64,000 bases of DNA from Clostridiales bacterium DTU083 (GTDB taxonomy: Bacteria > Bacillota > Clostridia > Caldicoprobacterales > DTU083), in assembly GCA_001512915.1 (NCBI GenBank), contig LFTC01000079.1:19166-83165 (forward strand), given 5' to 3'. How positions within the stretch are numbered: the first letter of the stretch is position 1; every line of letters begins with the position of its first letter. The position numbers were made by a program, and so were the translations under genes. The notes under the pieces were generated by a model. That model saw only the letters and a list, made by a program, of their open reading frames with translations. It made no database searches and was not told the origin of the DNA. Below, piece after piece: positions 10,938 to 23,518 of this stretch.

Positions 10938-12305
10938 TTACTCCTCTTCAGCTAGAAATTCCAATGCCTTAATTGCAAGAGCACATTCCAGTCTCTTTTT
11001 CTCCATTTCACAGCCAAGTTCATAAGGTTTGTTTATATCTCCGGAGAAATTATAAGCATTAGCTGCGCAGCCTCCGCTGCAGTAAAATCTGGCCCAGCAG
11101 GATACACATTTCTCCTTGGTAAACACATTGGAACGGCGGAATGTCTGTTGCATTTCGTAATCAAAAGAACCGTCTGAAACATTTCCCATTTTAAATGCTT
11201 CATTGCCTACAAACTGATGACAGGGATAAATATCTCCATTTGGAGTTACCGCAACATACTCAGTGCCTACTCCACAGCCCGATGTACGTTTGGCTGCACA
11301 GGGGCCCTGCTCCAGGTCCACCATAAAGTGGAAGAAATTAAAGCCTCTCCCCTGTTTTCTCCGTTCAATGTAAGCCTCCGCCAACCTGTCATATGCTTGG
11401 TTTATTTCCGGCAGGTCGTCAGTGGAAAGATGGTACTCTTCATCTTCAGCAGCCACCACCGGTTCAATGGATATCTGCTTAAAACCCAAATCAGCCAGAT
11501 GCAACACATCCCGGTCAAAATCCTTGTTATGTTTTGTGAAGGTTCCCCGGACGTAATAATCCGTCTGCCCTCTTGTATCAGCCAGCTTTATGGCCTTGGG
11601 AACTATATGATCATAGCTGCCGGTGCCTGCCCGGGTTTTACGCAGATGATCATGAACTTCCGGGCGTCCGTCTATGCTTATAACAACGTTTACAAATTCC
11701 TTGTTTATATAATCCAGAATTTCATCATCCAAGAGCAGTCCGTTAGTGGTAATAGTAAATCTGAATTGCTTGTTGTGCTTTTTCTCGAGCTCCCGTCCGT
11801 ACTCAACCAGTTGTTTTACCACTTTGAAATTCATAAGCGGTTCTCCGCCGAAAAAGTCTACTTCAAGATTTTTCCGATGACCTGAATGCTTAATCAGGAA
11901 TTCCAGTGCCTTTTTGCCTGTTTCCAGGTCCAGCAGTCCCCTTTCACCCTTAAAATCTCCGGTTGAAGCAAAGCAATAGCTGCACCTTAAATTGCAGTCA
12001 TGAGCTGCATGCAGACACATAGCCTTGATAACCGGCTCTCCCTGCATGACAGGCTTGTCCTCAGGATTCCAGCAGGTATATAACATATCTGCCTCTATCA
12101 GCTGATTTATCTCGGAAAGGCCTTCCTTCAAAGAATTCAAAGAATATTTACCGCCTAATTTCTTCTGAATCTCTTTCCAGGAAAACTGCGGGCCATAGTC
12201 CAGTAAATCCCAGATCAATTCATCTATTATATGAACGGCACCGCTGTTGACATCCAGAACCAAGCGGATTCCTTTATATTCAAATTTATGTATCATTTGC
12301 GTCAT
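10938..12305 (-). CDS. scfB: Radical SAM/SPASM thioether-forming SCIFF peptide maturase
   Basis: 455-aa ORF with the CNLRCSYCF radical-SAM motif and a Cys-rich SPASM C-terminus (CAAKRTSGCGVG, CHQF, CVSCWARFYCSGGC). It lies directly downstream of a SCIFF-type peptide gene. Confidence 0.88.
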   Translation of the reverse strand: MTQMIHKFEYKGIRLVLDVNSGAVHIIDELIWDLLDYGPQFSWKEIQKKLGGKYSLNSLKEGLSEINQLIEADMLYTCWNPEDKPVMQGEPVIKAMCLHAAHDCNLRCSYCFASTGDFKGERGLLDLETGKKALEFLIKHSGHRKNLEVDFFGGEPLMNFKVVKQLVEYGRELEKKHNKQFRFTITTNGLLLDDEILDYINKEFVNVVISIDGRPEVHDHLRKTRAGTGSYDHIVPKAIKLADTRGQTDYYVRGTFTKHNKDFDRDVLHLADLGFKQISIEPVVAAEDEEYHLSTDDLPEINQAYDRLAEAYIERRKQGRGFNFFHFMVDLEQGPCAAKRTSGCGVGTEYVAVTPNGDIYPCHQFVGNEAFKMGNVSDGSFDYEMQQTFRRSNVFTKEKCVSCWARFYCSGGCAANAYNFSGDINKPYELGCEMEKKRLECALAIKALEFLAEEE

Positions 12306-12327
12306 TCTTCCCCCTGTTTCAATAAAT

Positions 12328-12352
12328 ATAGCAGTAGCTTAGCTACTGCTAT
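12328..12352 (-). other. Intercistronic stem-loop between scfA and scfB
   Basis: Perfect 11-bp inverted repeat ATAGCAGTAGC-tt-GCTACTGCTAT. On the minus strand it is followed by AUUUAUUG, so it may be a partial terminator or a transcript stabiliser. Confidence 0.55.
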
Positions 12353-12378
12353 ACAACCTTTTTATGTACTATGATGAT

Positions 12379-12516
12379 TTACTTTTGACAACTTTGGTTG
12401 CCAACAGTGCAGGATGTTTTACATGCTGATTGGCAAGATGTCTGACATTCTCCGCAGCCCCCGCGGATTAAGCTTTTCTTAATATTACCCTTATGCATTG
12501 TTTTAATGTGTTTCAT
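12379..12516 (-). CDS. scfA: SCIFF (six cysteines in forty-five residues) ranthipeptide precursor
   Basis: Hand translation gives MKHIKTMHKGNIKKSLIRGGCGECQTSCQSACKTSCTVGNQSCQK: exactly 45 aa with 6 Cys and the family core GGCGECQTSCQSACKTSC. A GAGGAG RBS sits about 7 nt upstream. The ORF is below the size cut-off of the supplied track. Confidence 0.9.
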   Translation of the reverse strand: MKHIKTMHKGNIKKSLIRGGCGECQTSCQSACKTSCTVGNQSCQK

Positions 12517-12552
12517 ACCCGTTTCTCCTCTTTCTCTTGCTGATTCAGTCTA

Positions 12553-12581
12553 ATTATAGCATAGAATTGGCCGCATGAAAA
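12553..12581 (-). promoter_or_regulatory. Candidate sigma-A promoter for scfA
   Basis: On the minus strand: TTTTCA (12581-12576), 17 nt, TATAAT (12558-12553), about 35 nt upstream of the scfA ATG. Confidence 0.4.
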
Positions 12582-12603
12582 GAGATCAAAGTTTTTTATG
12601 ACC

Positions 12604-13014
12604 CTAGCGGATATTAATGCCTATTGCCCCACCGGCAGCACCAACTACAACTGCCATTAGAATGTCCGACAGTAAAATATAATCTATGGAAAAATGCCCG
12701 CCGGATACAAGGCTTATAATAGAAACAAGCACAATATAACAAATGCCTGTAATTGCACCTTTCAACCAGCCTTTGGCAGTTGACTTGTTTGCAACATATG
12801 CCCCTCCTGCAGCAATACTTAGTATCCGTATAACCTGAACAACAGGCCTGATAATAGTCTCCGACAAGCTGGATATTTGCATGATTAATGCAAACAGGAT
12901 GATAAAGAATAGTGTTATGATTACGGCAAGTATTGAACCTTTGGAAATCAATAGTGCTTCTTGAGCAAAGGTAAGTTCCTCTTGTTTTGCAGCAGCTCTC
13001 CTGGTTTTTCTCAT
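12604..13014 (-). CDS. YrzE-like small integral membrane protein
   Basis: 136-aa ORF with about 4 predicted TM segments. It occupies the position next to yajC that yrzE holds in Bacillus. Confidence 0.7.
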   Translation of the reverse strand: MRKTRRAAAKQEELTFAQEALLISKGSILAVIITLFFIILFALIMQISSLSETIIRPVVQVIRILSIAAGGAYVANKSTAKGWLKGAITGICYIVLVSIISLVSGGHFSIDYILLSDILMAVVVGAAGGAIGINIR

Positions 13015-13092
13015 AAGCTACAACTCCCCTAACATGTCTTATTCCAAATATATGCAATAGAAAATTTTGATATGACACCGGGGAGCAGAAAT

Positions 13093-13128
13093 GAAAAAAG
13101 CTGGTTTCTTGAGAAACTCAGCTTTTTT
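13093..13128 (-). terminator. Rho-independent terminator after yajC
   Basis: Hairpin AAAAAAGCTGGTTTC/GAAACTCAGCTTTTTT flanked by A- and T-runs, so it may act in both directions. Confidence 0.7.
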
Positions 13129-13131
13129 CCG

Positions 13132-13464
13132 TTAATCTGATTCTTCTGATTCTTCTTCAGGCCGTTCAACATCCCGGATAGCCCATCGTTCAAATACCAA
13201 CTTGACCTTATCGGCCCCAACTTCAACTGTCAATATATCATCCTTGACTGAAACTATTTTACCGCAGATTCCGCCGATGGTTGTAACATTGTCGCCTGCT
13301 TTAAGAGAAGCCAGCATTTCCTGGGTTTCTTTCTCTTTCTTTCTCTGAGGACGAATCAGTACAAAATAAAAAACCACAAACATCAATATAATAGGAAGAA
13401 AACTTCCAAGCGTACCAAGAATGCCTCCCTGACCTTCCGCTGCTGTCTGTGCTGCTAGTAACAT
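13132..13464 (-). CDS. yajC: Preprotein translocase subunit YajC
   Basis: 110-aa ORF with one TM segment followed by IRPQRKKEKE...GDNVTTIGGICGKIVSV. Confidence 0.92.
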   Translation of the reverse strand: MLLAAQTAAEGQGGILGTLGSFLPIILMFVVFYFVLIRPQRKKEKETQEMLASLKAGDNVTTIGGICGKIVSVKDDILTVEVGADKVKLVFERWAIRDVERPEEESEESD

Positions 13465-13542
13465 TTGTTTACCTCCTTTAATGCATATAATAATATATTA
13501 AACGGTTTGTCCCGTTTATTCAAGAATTATATTGAAAATTTT

Positions 13543-15692
<2,150 letters not shown>

Positions 15693-15728
15693 GTTTGTCT
15701 CTCCATTTCATTGACGGATTTAGAATTA

Positions 15729-16751
15729 CTACAATAAGCTTTCCTGCTCATTAACAGGCAGCTTGATATGCTTGTACCCAAGGGGAGTCAGGATTCTGCC
15801 CCTCGGGGTACGGGCAATAAACCCCAATTGCAGCAGATAGGGTTCACATACGTCTTCAATAGTTGAAGTCTCCTCGCCGGTGGAAGCGGCCAGTGTATCC
15901 AAGCCTACCGGCCCGCCGTTAAATTTCAACGCGATAGTCTTAAGCAGCCTCCTGTCAACATCATCCAGTCCCACATGATCCACTTCCAGCATATCCAGCG
16001 CTTCCCGTGCCACTTCCAGAGTAATTATACCGTCAGCACGGATCTGAGCATAATCCCTTACCCGTTTAAGAAGCCGGTTTGTAACCCTCGGAGTACCTCT
16101 TGACCGCCTTGCGATCTCATAAGCACCCTCATCATCTATTTCTACATTAAGAATTCCGGCTGAACGAAGAACAATCTGCTTCAGTTCTTCGGGACTGTAG
16201 AGTTCCAATCGGTTTATTACCCCAAACCTGTCCCGGAGAGGCGAAGTAAGCATTCCTGCCCGAGTGGTGGCTCCAATCAGAGTAAATTTGGGCAAATCCA
16301 ACCGGATAGACCTCGCACTGGGTCCTTTACCAATTATTATATCCAGAGCATAATCTTCCATAGCTGGATACAGGATTTCTTCCACACTACGGTTTAAACG
16401 ATGAATCTCATCTATAAAAAGCACATCGTGTTCGCCAAGATTGGTCAGTATGGCAGCCAGATCCCCTGCCTTTTCGATTGCCGGGCCGGAAGTAATCCTA
16501 ATACCTACTCCCAGCTCATTGGCTATTATGTTGGCAAGGGTGGTCTTACCCAGCCCCGGCGGCCCATACAACAATACATGGTCCAGTGCCTCTCCTCTTT
16601 CCAAGGCTGCCTGGATAAAGATCTGCAGCTTTTCCTTAACCTTTTCCTGCCCAATATATTCATCCATGCGCCTTGGCCTGAGGCTAAGCTCGGTATCCTG
16701 ATCCTCAGCCATTTTCCTGGATGCAATTATACGATCCTCTTGTTCCTGCAA
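15729..16751 (-). CDS. ruvB: Holliday junction branch migration helicase RuvB
   Basis: 340-aa ORF with Walker [10 protein letters not shown] and the AAA+ DEIH motif. Confidence 0.95.
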   Translation of the reverse strand: MQEQEDRIIASRKMAEDQDTELSLRPRRMDEYIGQEKVKEKLQIFIQAALERGEALDHVLLYGPPGLGKTTLANIIANELGVGIRITSGPAIEKAGDLAAILTNLGEHDVLFIDEIHRLNRSVEEILYPAMEDYALDIIIGKGPSARSIRLDLPKFTLIGATTRAGMLTSPLRDRFGVINRLELYSPEELKQIVLRSAGILNVEIDDEGAYEIARRSRGTPRVTNRLLKRVRDYAQIRADGIITLEVAREALDMLEVDHVGLDDVDRRLLKTIALKFNGGPVGLDTLAASTGEETSTIEDVCEPYLLQLGFIARTPRGRILTPLGYKHIKLPVNEQESLL

Positions 16752-16763
16752 ATATAAACCCTC

Positions 16764-17363
16764 CTATCTGCCCGGATTGTCCAATTTTCTTAGTGCCAGC
16801 CGGATCAGAGCAGATGCATCCTTCTCTTCCAAACCTGCCAAAGCACTTTCGGCTTCTGCCGCTCCGTAACCCAATGCCTGAAGGGCCTGAAAGGCTTCCA
16901 TTCGTTCATTGGACCAGCTGCCGGGCGATGCTGAAGCTGTATCCGAAAAACTCATTGCATCTTTATCGATTTTATCCTTCAGCTCCAATATGATCCGGTC
17001 TGCTGTCTTCTTGCCAATTCCGGGAGCCTTGCATAGGGTTTTTCTGTCTCCTGTTAATATGGCAAGAGCCAGCTGGTTTACTGTAAGGGTTGAAAGCATG
17101 CCTATAGCTGCTTTAGGGCCAACGCCTGAAACTGTGATCAGTTTTTCAAAAAAGATTTTTTCCTCTTTTTCCAGGAAACCATACAGTTCCTGACAGTCTT
17201 CTCTAAGATGCATATATGTATAAAGCTTAACCTTGCTCCCCTTTGATGGCAGCTTCTGCAATATCAAGCCTGGAACAAAGATGTGATATCCAATGCCATT
17301 GGCTTCAATTACTACTTGCTGGCTGTCTACTTCTTCCAGTGTTCCATATATATAGGCGTACAT
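16764..17363 (-). CDS. ruvA: Holliday junction DNA-binding protein RuvA
   Basis: 199-aa ORF (MYAYIYGTLEEV...) with HhH motifs (VSGVGPK, PGIGKKTA). Confidence 0.93.
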   Translation of the reverse strand: MYAYIYGTLEEVDSQQVVIEANGIGYHIFVPGLILQKLPSKGSKVKLYTYMHLREDCQELYGFLEKEEKIFFEKLITVSGVGPKAAIGMLSTLTVNQLALAILTGDRKTLCKAPGIGKKTADRIILELKDKIDKDAMSFSDTASASPGSWSNERMEAFQALQALGYGAAEAESALAGLEEKDASALIRLALRKLDNPGR

Positions 17364-17374
17364 TCAATTCTCTC

Positions 17375-17950
17375 CTATTCATTCCACTTCCTAATCCGGC
17401 TGTCCAGTTTTCGGCCGAATTGGGCACTATGCATGTGACATATGGCCACAGCCAGTGCATCTGCTGCATCATCAGGCCTGGGTATTTCATCCAGATTTAA
17501 TAAAAGTTTAACCATGCTCTGAACCTGATGCTTGTCTGCCCGGCCGTATCCAACAACCGCCTGCTTTACCTGAAGAGGTGTGTACTCATACAGATCAATG
17601 GCCTGCCTGGCACCGGCCAATACCGCCGCACCACGGGCATGGCCTATAATCAGAGCTGTTTTCACATTTCTGTTAAAAAACAACTCCTCATATGCCATTG
17701 CATCAGGAGAGTACTTTTCAATCAGCTCTTCCACAGAATTAAATATGCGGAGCAGCCGCTGAGGGGTTTCCATGTCAGAAGGCGTGCTTACTACACCATA
17801 ATCCAGCGCCCTGGCTTTGACTCCGTCATACTCAATTACCCCGTAGCCCATGATAGCCATGCCGGGGTCTATCCCTAATATAACCACCAAATCACCCTGC
17901 TTCTGCTTTTCCACTATTGTAATATTATGCTTTTTCGAGAATGATGTCAA
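17375..17950 (-). CDS. ruvC: Crossover junction endodeoxyribonuclease RuvC
   Basis: Contains ILGIDPG...GYGVIE. The ORF-track ATG adds about 21 atypical residues. A GTG at 17887, preceded by AGGGTG, would give a canonical length of about 170 aa, so the start is uncertain. Confidence 0.85.
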   Translation of the reverse strand: MTSFSKKHNITIVEKQKQGDLVVILGIDPGMAIMGYGVIEYDGVKARALDYGVVSTPSDMETPQRLLRIFNSVEELIEKYSPDAMAYEELFFNRNVKTALIIGHARGAAVLAGARQAIDLYEYTPLQVKQAVVGYGRADKHQVQSMVKLLLNLDEIPRPDDAADALAVAICHMHSAQFGRKLDSRIRKWNE

Positions 17951-17988
17951 TGGACCAGCAATAATAGCTAAAAGTTTGTTATATTAAT

Positions 17989-18026
17989 ATTGAATATTTA
18001 TGCACTTTAATGTATAATTATTTCAT
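17989..18026 (+). promoter_or_regulatory. argGH promoter with overlapping ARG-box-like operators
   Basis: TTGAAT (17990-17995), 17 nt, TATAAT (18013-18018). TGAATATTTATGCA (17991-18004) differs by 1 nt from the ARG half-site consensus TGAATwwwwATTCA. A weaker second copy, TGTATAATTATTTCA (18011-18025), overlaps the -10. Confidence 0.4.
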
Positions 18027-18083
18027 CATCTGATAAGCTCTGTATCGGATAAATTATATTAACTAAAAAGAAAGGTGAAAACA

Positions 18084-19301
18084 ATGTCTGAAAAGCAGAA
18101 GGTGGTACTTGCATATTCTGGAGGTTTGGATACGTCCATAATTATTCCTTGGCTAAAGGAGAATTTCGATTACGAGGTCATTGCTGTGGCAGGCAATGTA
18201 GGACAGGGCGACGAACTGGAAGGCCTGGAGGAAAAAGCTCTGAAAACGGGTGCAAGTAAAATATATATAGAAGATCTGCAGGAGGAATTCGTATACGACT
18301 TCATCTTCCCTACCATGAAAGCCGGTGCGGTTTATGAAAAAAAATACCTGCTGGGCACATCCATAGCTCGCCCGGTAATTGCAAAACGCCTGGTTGAGAT
18401 TGCAGAAAAGGAAGGTGCCGTTGCAGTCTGCCACGGTGCCACCGGCAAGGGCAACGATCAGGTGCGCTTTGAACTGACTGTTATGGCTTTAAATCCCAAT
18501 CTGAAAATTATTGCTCCATGGAGGATATGGAATATCAAGTCCAGGGAAGATGCAATAGAATATGCCCAGGCAAGAAATATCGACATACCGGTAACCAAAG
18601 AAAACAATTACAGCATGGACCGCAATTTATGGCATCTGAGCCACGAAGGCAGTGATCTGGAAGATCCCTGGAATGAACCAAGTGAAAACTTATTCATGAT
18701 TTGTACGCCTCCGACACAGGCACCGGATGAGCCGGAGTATGTGGAAATTGAATTTGAGCAAGGAATTCCGGTTAAAGTCAATGGAACTCTCTATGATGGA
18801 GTAACCCTGATAAAATTATTGAATCAAATAGGGGCAAAACACGGAGTAGGCATAGCTGATATGGTTGAAAACCGCCTGGTCGGCATGAAGTCAAGAGGAG
18901 TTTATGAGACACCGGGAGGCACAATTTTGCATGCAGCTCACCAGCAGCTGGAGTCCATCACCCTGGACCGGGATACTTTGCATTACAAACAGCTTGTTTC
19001 TGTTAAGTTTGCCGAGCTGGTATATGATGGAAAATGGTTTACTCCCCTGCGGCAGGCTTTGTCCGCTTTTGTTGATGAAACACAAAAAAACGTCACCGGC
19101 AAGGTAAGGCTTAAACTGTATAAAGGCAATGTAATTCCTGCAGGCGTCCAGTCCCCAAACTCCCTTTACAGGGAAGAGTTTGCCACTTTCGGCCAAGACG
19201 AAGTATATAATCAAAAGGATGCAGAAGGTTTTATACACCTTTTTGGCCTCCCGCTTAAAATGCGAGCATTAATGGAACAGGAGAAAGGGTTTAAGCCATG
19301 A
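18084..19301 (+). CDS. argG: Argininosuccinate synthase
   Basis: [18 protein letters not shown]... The ATG at 18084 has an AAAGGTG RBS 6 nt upstream, whereas the ORF-track start at 18075 is the GTG inside that RBS. Confidence 0.95.
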   Translation: MSEKQKVVLAYSGGLDTSIIIPWLKENFDYEVIAVAGNVGQGDELEGLEEKALKTGASKIYIEDLQEEFVYDFIFPTMKAGAVYEKKYLLGTSIARPVIAKRLVEIAEKEGAVAVCHGATGKGNDQVRFELTVMALNPNLKIIAPWRIWNIKSREDAIEYAQARNIDIPVTKENNYSMDRNLWHLSHEGSDLEDPWNEPSENLFMICTPPTQAPDEPEYVEIEFEQGIPVKVNGTLYDGVTLIKLLNQIGAKHGVGIADMVENRLVGMKSRGVYETPGGTILHAAHQQLESITLDRDTLHYKQLVSVKFAELVYDGKWFTPLRQALSAFVDETQKNVTGKVRLKLYKGNVIPAGVQSPNSLYREEFATFGQDEVYNQKDAEGFIHLFGLPLKMRALMEQEKGFKP

Positions 19302-20695
19302 AACTATGGAGCGGCAGATTTGAAAAGAAAACAGCAGCTGAAGTGGATGATTTTAATTCCTCCATACATTTTGACTGGCGGTTGTACCGCCATGATATTA
19401 GGGGCAGCATTGCTCATGCCCGCATGCTGGGAAGGCAGGGCATTATATCAGAAGAAGAGGCCGATTTGATCTGCACAAATCTTGAGCAGCTGCTCAAGGA
19501 TATTGAATCCGGCTCAATAAACTTCAGCACTGAAGCTGAAGATATTCACATGAATATTGAATCCCTGCTGATTGAACGTATCGGCCAAACAGGAAAAAAA
19601 CTGCACACCGGCAGGAGCAGAAATGACCAGGTAGCATTGGATACCAGGATGTATGCCAGGGAAGAAACAGACCAAATTTTGCAGCTGTTATCGGCACTTC
19701 AATATGAGCTTTTAAAAACTGCAGAAGACAATGCTGAAACTTTCATGCCGGGATATACGCACCTGCAGAAAGCCCAGCCAATTACTCTGGCGCACCATCT
19801 TATGGCTTATTTCGAAATGTTCCGCCGGGATATGGAGCGGCTGCTGGACTGCAGGAAAAGAATAAACATTATGCCTTTGGGTTCCGGGGCTCTGGCCGGC
19901 ACTACGTATCCTTTGGACAGGGAGTGGGTTGCAGAGGAATTGGGTTTTTCTGATATTACCCGTAACAGCCTTGATGCGGTCAGTGACAGGGATTACATTA
20001 TCGAAATCCTGGGATGCTGTTCCATGATTATGATGCACCTAAGCCGCTTTTGTGAAGAACTGATATTGTGGTCAACAGATGAATTCGGCTTTGTAATAAT
20101 GGACGATTCCTACAGCACCGGAAGCAGTATTATGCCCCAGAAGAAAAACCCCGATGTTGCAGAGCTTATCCGAGGCAAAACAGGCAGGGTATATGGAAAT
20201 CTTATTGCGCTTTTGACTGTTATGAAAGCCCTTCCACTGGCCTACAATAAAGATATGCAGGAAGACAAGGAGGCCTTGTTTGACAGCCTGGACACGGTGA
20301 AGAAATGCCTTAAGGTATTCACCGGTATGCTGTCTACCTTAAAATTCAGTAGAAAACAAATGAAACAAAGCGCCCTTTCAGGCTTTGCCAATGCCACCGA
20401 TGCAGCTGATTATTTGGTAAAAAAAGGCCTGCCCTTCCGAAGTGCTCATGAAGTTATTGGCAAACTGGTGCTGCATTGCATAAAACATAATTTAAGCCTG
20501 CAGGACCTGGAACTTTCCCAGTTTAAGGAATTCTCTCCTTTGTTTGAGGAAGATATATACCATGCCATATCCTTGGAAACGTGCGTTAATGAGAGAAAAC
20601 TGCCTGGAGGACCTGCAGCTGAAACGGTGAAACAAGCCATAAAAGAAGGCAGGACCTGGCTGGATAATGTTTTATCGAACCTGGCCACTGCCTAA
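19298..20695 (+). CDS. argH: Argininosuccinate lyase
   Basis: 465-aa ORF with the fumarase/lyase signature [12 protein letters not shown] and an ATGA overlap with argG. Confidence 0.95.
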   Translation: MKLWSGRFEKKTAAEVDDFNSSIHFDWRLYRHDIRGSIAHARMLGRQGIISEEEADLICTNLEQLLKDIESGSINFSTEAEDIHMNIESLLIERIGQTGKKLHTGRSRNDQVALDTRMYAREETDQILQLLSALQYELLKTAEDNAETFMPGYTHLQKAQPITLAHHLMAYFEMFRRDMERLLDCRKRINIMPLGSGALAGTTYPLDREWVAEELGFSDITRNSLDAVSDRDYIIEILGCCSMIMMHLSRFCEELILWSTDEFGFVIMDDSYSTGSSIMPQKKNPDVAELIRGKTGRVYGNLIALLTVMKALPLAYNKDMQEDKEALFDSLDTVKKCLKVFTGMLSTLKFSRKQMKQSALSGFANATDAADYLVKKGLPFRSAHEVIGKLVLHCIKHNLSLQDLELSQFKEFSPLFEEDIYHAISLETCVNERKLPGGPAAETVKQAIKEGRTWLDNVLSNLATA

Positions 20696-21916
20696 TACAA
20701 CATATTTGACTGTAGTTAATTCCTTAAGGCCCATAGGCCCTCTGGCATGTAGTTTCTGGGTGCTGATGCCGATTTCCGCCCCGAAGCCGAATTCAAAACC
20801 ATCGGTGAACCGGGTTGATGCGTTAACATAAATCGCAGCAGCATCCACTTCCCTGGTGAATTTTTGTCCGTTCAGGTAATTGCTGGTTACAATGGCTTCA
20901 GAGTGTTTGGTGCCGTATTTGGAAATATGCTCAACCGCTTCATCAACACCATCTACAACCTTTACTGCCATAATCATGTCCAGGTATTCTTCATACCAGT
21001 CTTCTTCTGTTGCAGGAACTGCCCATTCAACCAGTTTTAGGGTTTCTGGACATCCTCGCAGTTCCACGCCCTTTTCTTTCAGTTTCGCTGCTATAAGAGG
21101 CAAAAGTTCAGGCGCAATTCTTCTGTCAATCAGTAGAGTTTCGGCAGCATTACATACACCCGGACGATTAGTCTTGGCATTTATCACAATCTCTACTGCC
21201 ATATCCGGATCGCATTCGCCGTCCACATAAACATGGCAGTTTCCGACCCCGGTTTCAATTACCGGCACCTTGGAGTTTTCAACCACTGTTTTAATTAAGC
21301 CTGCCCCGCCTCTGGGTATGAGCACATCGATAATACCAGTTAATTGCATCAACTCAATAACACTGCTTCGGCCTGTATCACTAATAAGTTGAACAGCTCC
21401 ACGGGGAATGCCGGCTCCATAAGCTGCTTCTGCCATTATCTCTGCTATGGCCTTGTTGGAATTGATGGCTTCGGATCCTCCCCTTAAGACCACAGCATTG
21501 GATGTTTTGATGCACAAGCCAATGGCATCGGCAGTAACATTAGGCCGTGACTCATAAATAATGCCGACAACCCCCATAGGAACCCTGCGCTGCATGACCT
21601 GCAAACCGTTAGGGCGGGTCCATCCGGCAATGGTCTCACCAATGGGATCGGACAATGCCTTAATCTGCCTCAATCCTTCTGCCATGGCCTGTATGCGATT
21701 CTCATTCAACAACAGCCTGTCTATCATGGCTTTTGGCCTTCCGGATTCCATGGCAGCATTCAAATCCTTTTTATTTTCCTCAATAATAAAATTCATTCTG
21801 CGTTCCAAAGCCTGTGCCATGGCTTCCAGGGCAGAATCCTTAACCGAGGAAGAAATGGTAGCCAGTTTAACAGAGGCATTTTTCGCCTCAACGCCTTTAC
21901 TGCGCACCTCGCTCAT
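20672..21916 (-). CDS. proA: Gamma-glutamyl phosphate reductase
   Basis: Aldehyde dehydrogenase-like ORF ending ...VLGSGQVR. The likely start is MSEVRSKG at 21916, overlapping the proB stop; the ORF-track start at 21943 adds 9 residues. Confidence 0.92.
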   Translation of the reverse strand: MSEVRSKGVEAKNASVKLATISSSVKDSALEAMAQALERRMNFIIEENKKDLNAAMESGRPKAMIDRLLLNENRIQAMAEGLRQIKALSDPIGETIAGWTRPNGLQVMQRRVPMGVVGIIYESRPNVTADAIGLCIKTSNAVVLRGGSEAINSNKAIAEIMAEAAYGAGIPRGAVQLISDTGRSSVIELMQLTGIIDVLIPRGGAGLIKTVVENSKVPVIETGVGNCHVYVDGECDPDMAVEIVINAKTNRPGVCNAAETLLIDRRIAPELLPLIAAKLKEKGVELRGCPETLKLVEWAVPATEEDWYEEYLDMIMAVKVVDGVDEAVEHISKYGTKHSEAIVTSNYLNGQKFTREVDAAAIYVNASTRFTDGFEFGFGAEIGISTQKLHARGPMGLKELTTVKYVVLGSGQVR

Positions 21917-22727
21917 AAACAACCCCCTCCTTATTGGGCACAAACAATGTTCCTACATTTTCCCCTGCCAGTATTCTGTTGATATTGTGAGGATTATCCC
22001 CGTTGGCTATAACCATGGGTATGCCGTGCTCAATGCAAATCCGGGCAGCGGCTATTTTGGTCTTCATTCCGCCGGTACCCAGGTCATTGTGGGTATTTCC
22101 AGAAGCCCTTATAATTTCATCGGTTATGCCATAAACTACGTGAATAAGCTCAGCATCCTTATTTAAATTAGGGTCCTTATTGTAAAGTCCGTCGATATCT
22201 GATAAAAGAATCAGTAAGTCTGCCTTGACCAGTACTGAAACAATTGCGGATAGAGTGTCATTATCGCCGAATTGGATTTGCTCAATGGAAATTGTATCAT
22301 TTTCATTAACTATTGGTATGCTGTTGTATCTGAATAGGGTCTGAAAGGTATTGATAGCATTCTGTTCCCTTTCCCCGCTGTCCAGAACATCTTTAGTCAG
22401 CAACACCTGTGAAGCTACCTGGCCGTATTCGCCAAACAGCTTGGAATAGATATACATCAGGTTAACCTGCCCTATGGCAGCCAAAGCCTGTTTTTCAGGA
22501 ATGCTGTCCGGACGTTGCAAAAAACCCATTTTTGCCCTGCCTACGCCAATTGCACCGGAAGAAACCAGAACAATATTCTTGCCCTGATTCTTCAGATTTG
22601 AAAGAACCCTTACCAAGCGCTCAACAAACATCAGATTCATTTTTCCATTGGGATAAGTAATGGTAGAGGTTCCTACTTTAACAACAATGGTTTCGGCAGA
22701 TTTTATCCTATCCCTGGTTTTTGTCAA
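21897..22727 (-). CDS. proB: Glutamate 5-kinase (short form, no PUA domain)
   Basis: 276-aa ORF with a TTG start and a GGGGGT RBS 8 nt upstream. It has an amino-acid-kinase fold (VVKVGTS..., LVSSGAIG), and its length shows it lacks the C-terminal PUA domain. Confidence 0.9.
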   Translation of the reverse strand: MTKTRDRIKSAETIVVKVGTSTITYPNGKMNLMFVERLVRVLSNLKNQGKNIVLVSSGAIGVGRAKMGFLQRPDSIPEKQALAAIGQVNLMYIYSKLFGEYGQVASQVLLTKDVLDSGEREQNAINTFQTLFRYNSIPIVNENDTISIEQIQFGDNDTLSAIVSVLVKADLLILLSDIDGLYNKDPNLNKDAELIHVVYGITDEIIRASGNTHNDLGTGGMKTKIAAARICIEHGIPMVIANGDNPHNINRILAGENVGTLFVPNKEGVVYERGAQ

Positions 22728-22815
22728 ATAAATCTTACCCCCTGCATGCTTTATCTATATTTTTTACTATTTTGTATATTCTACTATTTTTCTTCAAGAT
22801 AAGCAACGCCGGATG

Positions 22816-23427
22816 TCAGCTGCCTAAGCTTTCAAATATGTTTTCCACTCCTTCCATGCCGTAGACTACAATGCCCTCTTCCAGCTCCTGTAATAAGTCG
22901 GGGCTTAAGCGTTCAACAGGGATTTCCGCAGCTTCGACAACAAGCAGTATGCCTTCTTTGTCAGGGCGGTAAATAACCATCAGTCCATCTTCATGTTTTA
23001 CCAGGTAATGATCGGGACAATAGCTGTCTATTTCAACCAAAAACACCGCTCTTTCTGGTGAAAAACTTACCATTCTCCAATCGGAGAACATTTCTGTAAG
23101 CTCTTCCTTTGTTTTCCCGGCATAATAATTGTCCAGCTCTTCAGTCAGAATATGATTGCATAATCCATATACACGCTGCAGAACTATTTTTGACTCAGCG
23201 GCCAGCTTGTCTGTTTCATCATTCAATAAATGTGCGCTTATGGTTCCCTGCGATTCATATTCCAGATCATGTACTGCTTCATTTGGAACCGGGACAGAAG
23301 GATGTATAAAGCCGTATATTTTAGGGAATCTTTTTATGTAGCCGTAGGAAAAAACCACTGCGGCCAGCAGCAGGATAAGGGCAAAAGTCAATGCTGCAGC
23401 TCTGCCCAATCTATAAAAAAACACCAT
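22816..23427 (-). CDS. Membrane-anchored hypothetical protein, possibly BofC-like
   Basis: 203-aa ORF with an N-terminal TM segment. The C-terminal half (DSYCPDHYLVKHEDGLMVIYRPDKEG...) resembles the layout of the BofC sporulation protein. This resemblance was judged by eye only. Confidence 0.4.
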   Translation of the reverse strand: MVFFYRLGRAAALTFALILLLAAVVFSYGYIKRFPKIYGFIHPSVPVPNEAVHDLEYESQGTISAHLLNDETDKLAAESKIVLQRVYGLCNHILTEELDNYYAGKTKEELTEMFSDWRMVSFSPERAVFLVEIDSYCPDHYLVKHEDGLMVIYRPDKEGILLVVEAAEIPVERLSPDLLQELEEGIVVYGMEGVENIFESLGS

Positions 23428-23518
23428 AATCCCTCCAGAAAAACTGTCTTTGGATTATAGTGTTTCCATTTTTTATCACATTATACATACATGCAGCATT
23501 ACATACAGAATAATAGTT

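Noticed and set aside
10355-11885. Long plus-strand ORFs (205 aa at 10355-10972 and 222 aa at 11217-11885) antisense to recJ and scfB
   Set aside because: They are embedded in well-supported minus-strand genes. One crosses the recJ/scfB junction. They have no RBS and no recognisable motifs, so they are judged spurious.
12614-13078. 154-aa Cys-rich minus-strand ORF overlapping the YrzE-like gene in another frame
   Set aside because: The alternative frame (12604-13014) gives a coherent 4-TM membrane protein with the expected synteny next to yajC. The Cys-rich frame lacks an RBS and begins in the leader between the yajC terminator and the YrzE-like start.
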